Origin: Thermodesulfobacteriota bacterium
GTDB taxonomy: Bacteria; Desulfobacterota_D; UBA1144; Nemesobacterales; UBA2774
DNA length: 64,000 nt
Reading direction: 5' to 3'
Assembly (NCBI GenBank): GCA_965216785.1
Contig: OZ244197.1
Location: forward strand, 1,888,001 to 1,952,000
In this document: in pieces, positions 1 to 13,209 of the stretch
Position numbering within the stretch: position 1 is the stretch's first letter
Layout: every line of letters begins with the position of its first letter
Program-made: the position numbers and the translations under genes
Notes under the pieces: model-generated
What the model was told of the DNA's origin: nothing
Database searches by the model: none
Seen by the model: only the letters and a program-made list of their open reading frames with translations

Positions 1-138
1 TACGGTCCGGGCGCTTTAACGGTCTGGAACAACCCCTTAGAGTTAAAATCAATTCAAAAACGGGGCCCTCCTGACGGCTATGTTTTCAAGCCGGTATTCA
101 CTCCTATTTATCTCACCACCCAAAGCTTTCTAATCTAA
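1..138 (+). CDS. 3' end of a small upstream ORF (...KRGPPDGYVFKPVFTPIYLTTQSFLI*), possible leader protein of the metal efflux operon; truncated by the window edge
   Basis: Manual translation: frame +1 is open from base 1 to TAA at 136-138, with RGPP at 61-72; it lies just upstream of czcC. Confidence 0.55.
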   Translation, partial: YGPGALTVWNNPLELKSIQKRGPPDGYVFKPVFTPIYLTTQSFLI

Positions 139-269
139 TAGTACGATCCTGAGCGTTACTACCCTCCCGGTGGAGTTGCCGGGCCCGGTACACCTGCGTC
201 CTGCGGGATCATTGCGCTCAATTTTGATCTGTTTTTCACATTAACCCATAAGTTCAAAAGGATATTACT

Positions 270-1548
270 ATGATAAAGAAGATAGTTTTTAGTACAGCAT
301 TGGTTTTTCTTTCAATCGGGCCGTCTCTCTTGTTTGCCGAAACGTTGGATAAGCAGACGGCGCTTAAAAGGGCACTGGAGAATAACCCCTCGTATAAGGA
401 AAAGCTGTCCGAGATTAATGCCGCCGAGGGCGAGCGTGTTCAGGCCTCACTCCTGCCGAATCCGGGCGCGTTTTTCGAGCTCGAGAACTTTGCCGGGACT
501 AATGACAGGGAGGGCTTCGAGAGAACGGAGCTTACTGTCGGCCTTAAGCAAAAGATAGAGCTTGCCGGAAAGCGCCGCTACAGGACGGATATCGCCGAAG
601 CGGGCTTAAAGATAGCGCGTGAAAAAGCTCTGGCGGGGGCCCTGGGCCTTCTTTCTGAAACCGAATACGCCTTCATGCGCACGGCGGTGGCTAACGAGCG
701 CCTGGAGCTTGCCGAAAGACGCGTACAGCTCGCCGGGGAAACCATTGAGATCGTAGAAAGACGCGTTAACGCCGCCGCTTCGCCCGACGTCGAGCTTCTG
801 AAAGCCAAAATTGAAAAAGACGAAGCGGAAATAGAAGAGCACCACGTGGAAGAGGAATATAATATTGCCCGCAACGACCTTGCGCGCCTGATGGGTCTGA
901 AAGGCGGTGATGATCTCACTGTCGATGCGGATTTATCACTTCTTCCAGAGCTAATTGAGCTTGAGACCGTGACCCAGCTTCTGGAATCCACACCCGATGC
1001 GCGCGTTCGGCAGCTCGAAAAAACAAAGGCGCGCTCTTCACTCGATCTGGCAAAAGCAAGCGGCGTGCCCGACCCCACGGTGGGCCTGGGTGTGAGGCAG
1101 TTCTTCGATAACGACGATACGGCGCTCGTTGCCGAGTTTTCAATCCCCATCCCGGTGTTCGACAGAAACCAGGGAGGAGTAGGCAGCGCCCGAGCAGGTG
1201 TTAAACGCTCGGAAGAAAGGGCCCGCGTGACGGAGCTTGCTCTGTATCAGAGCGCAATACAGGCCTGGGAGTCATTCTGCGCCTCACTGGACGTAGCGCA
1301 GCGCTATCAAAACAGCATATTGCCCAATGCGAATAAGGCTTTCGGCGAGGCCGAGAGGGGATACAACCTCGGGGCGTTCAGCTATTTAGACCTCCTGGAC
1401 GCGCAAAGAACGCTAAATAAGGTGCAGTCAGAGTATTTAGACAACCTGCTCGAGCTTTACAAGGCCAAGGCGGAGATCGATTTTCTGATGGGCACCAATA
1501 AACCGCTCGTACAGGAAATTTCAGTAAACAATGAGGGGGGACAAAACA

Positions 1549-1556
<8 letters not shown>
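270..1556 (+). CDS. czcC: Outer-membrane factor (TolC family) of heavy-metal RND efflux, CzcC-like
   Basis: Signal peptide, 'LLPNP', 'SIPIPVFDRNQG' and 'LDLLDAQR' OMF motifs; operon with MFP and RND genes. Confidence 0.85.
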
Positions 1557-6007
<4,451 letters not shown>

Positions 6008-6049
6008 TTAAAACAGGCAATTTGTTACAATTATTTAGAATAACCGGGC

Positions 6050-6099
6050 AACTACAGCATCCCTGTGGTCTTAAAGCATTTCGGGGATGCTGTAGTTTT
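6050..6099 (+). terminator. Long inverted repeat, probable intrinsic terminator of the czc operon
   Basis: aactacagcatccc...gggatgctgtagtt 14-bp stem followed by Ts. Confidence 0.65.
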
Positions 6100-6225
6100 C
6101 TTCAATTGAGCTTTCATCACCGCTTAGGTTGGATTAACGGAGCTTGATTTAATGCTCATCTTAGCCGAGAATAATTGTTAGACAGTTTTATTGATTCGAT
6201 TGTAGTATGATGGAGTTCCATATCC

Positions 6226-7374
6226 TTGAGCGGTCGTCTTAGAAAACTATTTCTCGGCATAATTACGGTGATATTTATACTGCTGGCTGCAGAGGGGGTA
6301 GCCAGGATATTCTTTAACCCGACGGATTATTTATGGCGGAGACTGGTTCCGGACGACATGTTAAGACACAGAGTGGAGCCCAATACCAGGGGCCACGATG
6401 CTTGGGGTTTTAGAAACAGATTGGTGCCTGCCCACGCTGACATTGTAGCGCTCGGCGATTCGCAGACATACGGTACAAGCTCACTGGCAAAGCACTCCTG
6501 GCCTTCTATCCTGGGTGAGTTAAAAGGTCAGGAAGTATATAATATGTCCCTGGGCGGCTACAGTCCTGCCGAATATCTATACTTGATGGAAGATAAGGCC
6601 CTTGGTTTAGGACCAAACCTCATAATTGCCGGATTCTACTTGGGAAACGATCTTACCGATACTTATACTGCAGTATACAGTGTTCCGTACTGGAAGGATT
6701 TAAGAAACCCGGACATTGCTTCCATGCACGCACAAGTATCGCCCAATCAGAATAAAGCGTCACTCAAAAAGAACCCTCGGGCATCATTTATGAAGCAAAT
6801 CTATTTAATTGCTGATTGGTTTGCAGGAAACAGCGTCCTATACAGGATAGTGAATACATCATCTCTCGGAGATTATATAAGACAGAAAAAAATGATAGGG
6901 GCAGGGTTAGAAGTAGTGATGTTCGAGGATAAAGAGAATGATATCTACACCGGATTCACGCCTGGAAGATGGTTAGATAATCTTGATTTAAAAAACCCTG
7001 AGGTACAGGAAGGACTCGGGCTTACGCTTAATTTCTTTAATCAGATGAATGAACTAGCAGAGAGAAACAATGTCCGGTTTTTGGTTGTCTTAATTCCTAC
7101 AAAGGAGAGCGTGTTCGCAGATTTTATAGAAGGGAATAGTCGTTTGGAAAGCTCAGAAAAAATTGACCGTTTAATTGAGGCCGAAAGACAGATAAACAAT
7201 ATTGCAAAATCGTATTTTAAAGAGCATGATATTTCTTATCTGGATGTATTGAATCCGCTTAAAGAGGCTGTACATAACGAACAGTTATACCCCAATAACT
7301 ATAGTAGCCATCCAAATAAAAACGGAAACAGGATAATGGCCGGGTCTATTGCGCAGTGGATGGATAGTAGATAG
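6226..7374 (+). CDS. SGNH/GDSL hydrolase-fold membrane-anchored protein (AlgX/AlgJ-like acyltransferase or esterase)
   Basis: N-terminal TM; 'LGDSQTYG', 'GND' and C-terminal 'SHPN' SGNH blocks. Confidence 0.75.
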   Translation: MSGRLRKLFLGIITVIFILLAAEGVARIFFNPTDYLWRRLVPDDMLRHRVEPNTRGHDAWGFRNRLVPAHADIVALGDSQTYGTSSLAKHSWPSILGELKGQEVYNMSLGGYSPAEYLYLMEDKALGLGPNLIIAGFYLGNDLTDTYTAVYSVPYWKDLRNPDIASMHAQVSPNQNKASLKKNPRASFMKQIYLIADWFAGNSVLYRIVNTSSLGDYIRQKKMIGAGLEVVMFEDKENDIYTGFTPGRWLDNLDLKNPEVQEGLGLTLNFFNQMNELAERNNVRFLVVLIPTKESVFADFIEGNSRLESSEKIDRLIEAERQINNIAKSYFKEHDISYLDVLNPLKEAVHNEQLYPNNYSSHPNKNGNRIMAGSIAQWMDSR

Positions 7375-7634
7375 TAAAACCTACATTTACCCGGCATTTC
7401 GAATATACATATTACTATTTACTCATAACCCCTCCTTGGCCCTAATTGTCAATAACACCCAAATGTTTTTTCCCCAATTAATAGTACTTTTGGAATCAAT
7501 ATCTGATCATAAAATCCATCTAAAGCACTGAATCCAAACGATTTTAACAATAAATATGGCAATTAATAGGGGGCAGTATGTAGTAGCATTACTTAGTAAT
7601 AATTAGTAAATATTTGCGATGATCAAAAAAGTAC

Positions 7635-7663
7635 TTGACTGAAATCGTAAACGTTTATATATT
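7635..7663 (+). promoter_or_regulatory. sigma70-like promoter for the collagen-like gene
   Basis: TTGACT-N17-TATATT in an AT-rich intergenic region. Confidence 0.5.
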
Positions 7664-7689
7664 TGAGTGAATTTAAACGGAGGATGGAG

Positions 7690-8763
7690 ATGATTAGATC
7701 AATTACTCGTGGAACTCTAGTTCTACTGCTGGCTATATCTGTAAACACATTTGCAGCTCAACCGGAAGTAACTGTAACAGAAGTATTCGTTGATTTTGAT
7801 ACCGAGACAATCACAATCATGGGTGATAACTTTGATCTTGGCCCTAATCCGCTCAATGTTACATTAGGTGCCTATGGCAGCCTAAATATAGTTTCTGCCG
7901 AACCAAATTTAATAATTGTCGACTTTCCAGCAGGCGGCCTGCTGGCTGGTGATTTTCTTTTAACGGTATCCAGCGGGCCAGGCCAAAGAAAAAATGACGA
8001 ACATGTCGTAACTGTTGGAGCAACCGGGCCTGAAGGACCGGAAGGCACGCCCGGAGAGCAAGGCCCCCAGGGTGCGCAAGGCCCACAAGGAGAGCCGGGT
8101 CCTGAAGGTCCTCAGGGAGAGCCTGGGCCAGAGGGCCCGCAAGGAGAGCCCGGACCACCAGGGCCTCAGGGTGATGCCGGACCCCCGGGACCGCAAGGTG
8201 ATCCTGGTATGAATGGTGTAGAAGGGCATCCGGGACAGCCTGGTCCACAAGGCGAACAAGGACCTCAGGGTGATACTGGACCACCAGGACCGCAGGGTGA
8301 TGCCGGACCTCCGGGACCACAAGGTGATCCGGGTCCCCAGGGTATTCAAGGACCCCCGGGACCACAAGGTGACACAGGACCCCAGGGGATTCAAGGGCTT
8401 CCCGGACCGCCAGGGCTGCAGGGCAATCCCGGACCCCCGGGCCCAAAGGGAGATCCAGGACTACAAGGAGAGACCGGACCAGAGGGCCCGCAAGGAATCC
8501 CCGGACCGTCGGGAACATGGAGTTTCTTTACAGGCAACTGTCCAACCGGTGGTAATGCATGTCAATTTACGGCATCCTGTGGAGCTGGCGAAACAGCGGT
8601 ATCCGGAGCTTGCGGGCTTTTAACCGGGAGTCAAAATAGCAGGGATATTATGTATACCGGTCCTAATCCGTTAGACACAACTCAATGGATTTGCAGATTT
8701 GACAGGGGTGGAGGTGCAGCTTTTACAGTAGACTACGGGGTATTTTGTGTTCCAAATTCTTAA
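7690..8763 (+). CDS. Secreted collagen-like protein (signal peptide, small beta domain, ~56 Gly-X-Y triplets, Cys-rich C-terminal domain)
   Basis: Uninterrupted GXY run; GGAGG RBS before ATG 7690; signal peptide [22 protein letters not shown]. Confidence 0.9.
   Translation: MIRSITRGTLVLLLAISVNTFAAQPEVTVTEVFVDFDTETITIMGDNFDLGPNPLNVTLGAYGSLNIVSAEPNLIIVDFPAGGLLAGDFLLTVSSGPGQRKNDEHVVTVGATGPEGPEGTPGEQGPQGAQGPQGEPGPEGPQGEPGPEGPQGEPGPPGPQGDAGPPGPQGDPGMNGVEGHPGQPGPQGEQGPQGDTGPPGPQGDAGPPGPQGDPGPQGIQGPPGPQGDTGPQGIQGLPGPPGLQGNPGPPGPKGDPGLQGETGPEGPQGIPGPSGTWSFFTGNCPTGGNACQFTASCGAGETAVSGACGLLTGSQNSRDIMYTGPNPLDTTQWICRFDRGGGAAFTVDYGVFCVPNS
8017..8520 (+). repeat. Collagen Gly-X-Y coding repeat (~56 triplets)
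   Basis: Counted from the translation GAT-GPE...GPS-GTW. Confidence 0.9.
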
Positions 8764-8867
8764 CCATCGGCTCTGCTGGATAAAATATATACCAAAATAA
8801 TATGCAATATTGTAATCGTGTATGCTCATACGGTATATTTACGCAATAAATACGGAGCTCGGTGATA

Positions 8868-9125
8868 ATGAACGAAAAACCTACTATAGCTGAAGATATT
8901 GATATTAATGAGGTAGAGGACGGCTACGTTATTTACCAAAAGGAAAATGACAAGGTTCACTACCTGAACAAGACTGCCGTGCTTGTACTCGAATCCTGCA
9001 CCGGGAAAAACACTGCTGCTGATATAGAGGTGATTGTAAAGGAGGCGTATAAGCTTCCTGAAGCACCACAAAAGGAAGTCGCCGACTGCCTCGATACACT
9101 CTTTCAAGAAGGTCTGATTAAATAA
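8868..9125 (+). CDS. PqqD-family / RiPP recognition element (RRE) protein
   Basis: 85 aa; 'VHYLNKTAVLVLESCTG...IEVIVKEAY...EVADCLDTLFQEGLIK' fits the PqqD pattern (LN.t...w...dG...l...y...dv..fl..L...gli). Confidence 0.85.
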   Translation: MNEKPTIAEDIDINEVEDGYVIYQKENDKVHYLNKTAVLVLESCTGKNTAADIEVIVKEAYKLPEAPQKEVADCLDTLFQEGLIK

Positions 9126-9958
9126 ATTACGAACGTAAGTACACGCTGCTCGACACGGTAATCACAATACGTACTGAAAGCGAGGTACTGGCGCGCCGTC
9201 TTGATTTTATAGTACAAGAGGCGGAGCACACGCTTCACCCCCTAAAAGACGCTACATACGAATTCATACTCAGGGACGGCGCTTACGAGATAAGGAAGGA
9301 TGGAAGTCTTTGTTTCTCCTCTTCCGACCTCTCAGACGCAGTCTTTAATCTGCAGTGGCTTATTCATAAGGAAGTATTGAAGAACGTTACAGAGTCTATA
9401 CGTATTCATGCGGGATGCGGGGAGCTCGACGGAAGGAGGTTTCTCGTCGCGGGCGACAAGGGGGCGGGCAAGACGACGCTCATGGTACGTCTATTGTTCG
9501 AGGGATTCCGCGTCATCGGTGATGAGCTGGTACTGGTCAGGGACAGGAGAGCAATCCCATTTCCCAGAAGGTTTCACATCAAACAAGAAAGTATGAACCT
9601 GCTGCCCGAGCTTAACAGCCTGTTTGCTTCCCTGCCATACAATATGACAAGCTACGGCCATAAGATGTTTTCATTCACTCCTCAGGATGCCGGATATGAG
9701 TGGAAGATCGACGAGGGTGACATTCATTCTATTTTTTATCTGGAACCCAACCACGGAGGGCAGACGCGCATAGAGGAATGCCCGAAATATATGATGGTCA
9801 ATAGGGTTATGCCTATGAGTTTTCTGTCTGAGACCGAGGATCATATGAAGATAAACCAGCTCTGTAATATGATTGATCGAGCAAACTGTTATATTTTGCA
9901 TGTTGGAGACCTTGAAGGGGCGGTTTCCACTATACAGGAAAAAATGTCTGTGCTATAA
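9122..9958 (+). CDS. HPr-kinase-related P-loop kinase (start uncertain: frame is open from ATA 9122; ORF track uses TTG 9377)
   Basis: 'IHAGC...LVAGDKGAGKTTL...GF.VIGDELV' matches the HprK-type His / Walker A / acidic-pair signature. Confidence 0.8.
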   Translation: MNYERKYTLLDTVITIRTESEVLARRLDFIVQEAEHTLHPLKDATYEFILRDGAYEIRKDGSLCFSSSDLSDAVFNLQWLIHKEVLKNVTESIRIHAGCGELDGRRFLVAGDKGAGKTTLMVRLLFEGFRVIGDELVLVRDRRAIPFPRRFHIKQESMNLLPELNSLFASLPYNMTSYGHKMFSFTPQDAGYEWKIDEGDIHSIFYLEPNHGGQTRIEECPKYMMVNRVMPMSFLSETEDHMKINQLCNMIDRANCYILHVGDLEGAVSTIQEKMSVL

Positions 9959-9959
9959 T
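9951..9959 (+). promoter_or_regulatory. Extended -10 promoter (TGcTATAAT) upstream of the precursor-Hint genes
   Basis: Perfect TGnTATAAT about 45 nt before ATG 10004, which has an AAGGAGG RBS. Confidence 0.45.
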
Positions 9960-10003
9960 GCGTAATTAGTATTATTAGACCTGCTATAAAGGAGGAACGT
10001 TAC

Positions 10004-10591
10004 ATGAGCGAGAAAAAATTTATAGATGAAGTTAATCCCGAAAGGCGCGAGTTTTTAGAGAAAGTGACCAAGGGAGCTTTTATCATCCCTACTGTAATAT
10101 CGGTGATGATGCTGAATCAGAAGCTTAACCTAACGACGGCCAACGCACAGAGCAACCTACCACCGTGCCTGTCTTGTGAGACTTTAATCTCCACCCCGGA
10201 CGGGAACGTCACAATAGTTGATTTAAAACCTGGGATGAAGGTCTATACCCTCGATACTAAAGGAAACAAGGTTGTAGAAGAGCTTGAGCTCGTATCAAAA
10301 GTAACGGTCCCTGAGACTCATACGCTCTTCAGTCTATGTTTTGGCGGCGGTACAGAGCTATTAGTTTCCGGTGCTCATCCGACAGCGGACGGCAGATATA
10401 TATATGATCTCAAACCGGGCGATATGATCGACGGCGCTGAGCTCTTATCCATCGAAAAGGTTAGCTACACAGCCGGATATACATATGACCTGCTACCGGC
10501 GGGAGATACTGGATGTTACTGGGCTGACGGGGTTCTTTTAGGCAGCACGCTAGCCGCAGAGTCAGAGAGCAGAATACGGAAGGCCTCTTAA
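10004..10591 (+). CDS. Putative precursor peptide 1: 48-aa leader + QSNLPP + C-terminal Hint domain (Cys55 at 10166)
   Basis: Hint blocks 'CLSCETLISTPDG', 'DLKPG', 'VSGAHP' and 'TYDL...YWADGVL'; leader shared with three paralogues. Confidence 0.85.
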   Translation: MSEKKFIDEVNPERREFLEKVTKGAFIIPTVISVMMLNQKLNLTTANAQSNLPPCLSCETLISTPDGNVTIVDLKPGMKVYTLDTKGNKVVEELELVSKVTVPETHTLFSLCFGGGTELLVSGAHPTADGRYIYDLKPGDMIDGAELLSIEKVSYTAGYTYDLLPAGDTGCYWADGVLLGSTLAAESESRIRKAS

Positions 10592-10642
10592 CAAGGCTCT
10601 AAGAGCTATAAAAACAGCACTTAAAAGAAGGAGGGTTCTTAC

Positions 10643-11227
10643 ATGAGCGAAAAAAAATTTATAGATGAAGTTAACCCCGAGAGACGCGAATTTCTGGAAA
10701 AAGTAACTAAAGGCGCATTTATTATCCCAACTGTCGTTTCTGTAATGATGTTGAATCAAAAACTTAACCTTACGACAGCCAACGCGGCGAGCAACATGAT
10801 TTGTCTTTCTTGCGAGACTTTAATATCTACGCCCGAAGGTGAAATTCGGGTAGTTGATTTGAAACCGGGAATGCTTGTCTTTACCCTGGACATGAACGGA
10901 AACAAGGTCATAGAGCGGTTAGAGCTAGTATCGAAAGTAACGGTCCCTGAAACTCATGTACTCTGCCATCTGGTTTTTAGTGATGGGAGAGAGCTCTTTG
11001 TGTCGGGTGGGCATCCGACAGCGGACGGTAGAGATGTTAACGAGCTTGCGCCGGGTGACATGCTCGACGGAGCGGAGGTGGTCTCTGTAGTGAATATTCG
11101 CTACATAGCCGGTCATACCTATGACTTGCTCCCTGCCGGAGAGACGGGAAATTACTGGGCAAACGGTGTTCTGTTGGGCAGCACGCTCGCACCTGAGTCC
11201 GTGAGCAGAATACGGAAGGCCTCTTAA
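10643..11227 (+). CDS. Putative precursor peptide 2: 48-aa leader + ASNMI + C-terminal Hint domain (Cys54 at 10802)
   Basis: Tandem paralogue of 10004-10591; 'CLSCETLISTPEG', 'VSGGHP' and 'TYDL...YWANGVL'. Confidence 0.85.
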   Translation: MSEKKFIDEVNPERREFLEKVTKGAFIIPTVVSVMMLNQKLNLTTANAASNMICLSCETLISTPEGEIRVVDLKPGMLVFTLDMNGNKVIERLELVSKVTVPETHVLCHLVFSDGRELFVSGGHPTADGRDVNELAPGDMLDGAEVVSVVNIRYIAGHTYDLLPAGETGNYWANGVLLGSTLAPESVSRIRKAS

Positions 11228-11337
11228 CTGTAAGGCAAGTTAAGCTAAGGTTTCAGCCTGTTACATTAAGTGCATAATTCATCTTTATGCTATGTAGAGC
11301 TTTCATCCTGTATTAAAATTTTTCCAATGGGTAAAAA

Positions 11338-12444
11338 TTGAGCGATATCCTGTTTTCCGCCTCTATGATCGTCCGAAACGAGGAAAAATTCCTTGAGGGA
11401 TGCCTTGAGTCCATTAGAAACGTCGTGGACGAAATAGTAATAGTCGATACAGGCTCAGTAGACGGCACAAAGGAGATTGCCTTAGAGTACGGTGCGAGGG
11501 TATTTGATTTCCCGTGGAACGGAGATTTCGCGGCAGCGCGTAACGAAGCCCTTCGTCACTGCAGGGGCGAATGGATACTGTATATAGACGCTGACGAACG
11601 GGTGAGGCCCGCCGAAAAGTCCTACGTCACTGAAATTCTCTCGGACGTATCTAAAGTCGCATATACACTTTTGTTTTACCCGATAGTGGGCTATACGGGA
11701 TACCGTGAGCACCGCATCTTCCGAAGCGATCCCCGCATACGTTTTCAGGGGGTTATACACGAAGGTATGCTTTCCGCGATCCAGGACGTTGCGCGCGAGG
11801 ACGGGCTCGAAATCGGTTATTGCGATCTTGTAATAGACCACCTGGGATACGAGGGTGACCTTACGCATAAGCACGAAAGGAACCTGCCCCTACTGAGAGA
11901 TCAGATTGAAAACGACCCAGAAAGAATTTACCTCAGATGGCAGCTCGGCGCGGCGCTTAAGGGACTTGGGGACTTGGATGGTGCGGAGAGGGCGTGGATG
12001 GACGCGATCGACATTATACGCGGAAAGGAAACGGTAGGCCCGGAAGACAGCCATCCGTACTACGACATGATCCGCCTCCTGAATGAGAGTGAGCGTGACT
12101 ACACAGAGCTTCTGGCCGAGTCTTCAAAGCTGTTTCCGGACAACTATTTAATAACCTGGACCAAGGCCATGACGCTGATGCACGATCAAAGATTTGAGGA
12201 TGCTGCGCGGGTGTTTGAATCTCTCGCCGCGATAGATCCGGCAAGCCTTGACGGGGAGATACTTGCCTATAACGCGCGCATATTCGATGAGCTTTCCTAT
12301 GAACCCCTCGCCACGTGTTATTTTAAGCTCGGCAAGCTAGAAGAGAGCGAGAAATATTACGCGCTCGCGCTCAGGTGTGATCCTGAAAATCAGCAATACC
12401 GTACGAAGCTCAAGTTCGTTTCAGCGTTGGTAAATAAATCGTGA
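11338..12444 (+). CDS. GT2 glycosyltransferase with C-terminal TPRs
   Basis: 'SMIVRNEE', 'VDTGSVDGT', 'DFAAARN', 'IDADE' and 'HLGY', plus helical TPR repeats. Confidence 0.88.
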   Translation: MSDILFSASMIVRNEEKFLEGCLESIRNVVDEIVIVDTGSVDGTKEIALEYGARVFDFPWNGDFAAARNEALRHCRGEWILYIDADERVRPAEKSYVTEILSDVSKVAYTLLFYPIVGYTGYREHRIFRSDPRIRFQGVIHEGMLSAIQDVAREDGLEIGYCDLVIDHLGYEGDLTHKHERNLPLLRDQIENDPERIYLRWQLGAALKGLGDLDGAERAWMDAIDIIRGKETVGPEDSHPYYDMIRLLNESERDYTELLAESSKLFPDNYLITWTKAMTLMHDQRFEDAARVFESLAAIDPASLDGEILAYNARIFDELSYEPLATCYFKLGKLEESEKYYALALRCDPENQQYRTKLKFVSALVNKS

Positions 12445-13182
12445 TTGATTATGAAAGATGAACCGCTTGTATCATGCCTTTGCGTTACAAGAGACAGAGT
12501 GCCTATGCTCAAAAGAGCGATAAGGTCGTTCAGGGACCAGGATTACGGGCACAAGGAGCTGGTGATCGTGTATGAGAGCGACGACGGTGAAACAGAGGAA
12601 TTTTTAAGAGAAGTTTCAGACGGTAACATTCTCAAAATAAAAGTTCCGGCAGAGCCCAGACTCACGCTCGGAGAGCTCAGGAACCTGGCTCTTAAAGAGA
12701 GTACGGGAGAGTATTTTTGCCAGTGGGACGACGACGATTTCTATCATAATCAGAGGGTTTCATTCCAGATGGAAGTACTGCGCGAGTCTGCTATGCCCGC
12801 CTGCGTAATGGTCCACTGGCTCATATACGATTTGGCGCATGCTCAGGCCTACGTGTCTAATATGAGGCCTTGGGAAGGCAGTCTGCTCTGTAAAAAATCA
12901 CTCATAGATGAAGAGCTTAAGTACGAGGATAAAGGCAGGGGGGAGGACACGGCTTTAATAAGTGAGCTGTTTACGAGAAACCTCGCATTTCCCGTAATTA
13001 TGCCAAAGCTATATATATACGTATACCATGGGGGTAATGTGTGGACAGATGAGCATTGGGGCAGAATATTCAGCGCGAGCACGAAGCTCTCTGAGGAGTC
13101 GAGCAGGGTGATAAGGGACATATTGGACGGGAAATACACAGGTGATGAAGCCTCCGGGCTGCTGGATGATATAACTGAATGA
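12445..13182 (+). CDS. GT2 (GT-A) glycosyltransferase
   Basis: 'PLVSCLCVT', 'LGELRN', 'QWDDDD' and 'GEDT'. Confidence 0.82.
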   Translation: MIMKDEPLVSCLCVTRDRVPMLKRAIRSFRDQDYGHKELVIVYESDDGETEEFLREVSDGNILKIKVPAEPRLTLGELRNLALKESTGEYFCQWDDDDFYHNQRVSFQMEVLRESAMPACVMVHWLIYDLAHAQAYVSNMRPWEGSLLCKKSLIDEELKYEDKGRGEDTALISELFTRNLAFPVIMPKLYIYVYHGGNVWTDEHWGRIFSASTKLSEESSRVIRDILDGKYTGDEASGLLDDITE

Positions 13183-13209
13183 AATCACCCGCATAACGAA
13201 CTAAGAATT

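Noticed and set aside
7859-8623. Alternative-frame ORFs over the collagen repeat
   Set aside because: These are shadow ORFs caused by the GC-rich GXY codon repeat.
8868-9125. PQQ biosynthesis
   Set aside because: No pqqA/B/C/E or radical SAM gene is nearby; the PqqD fold is a general RRE.
10004-11227. Canonical protein-splicing inteins
   Set aside because: There is no terminal His-Asn followed by Cys/Ser/Thr, no homing endonuclease and no interrupted host protein. The domains fit cleavage-type Hints better.
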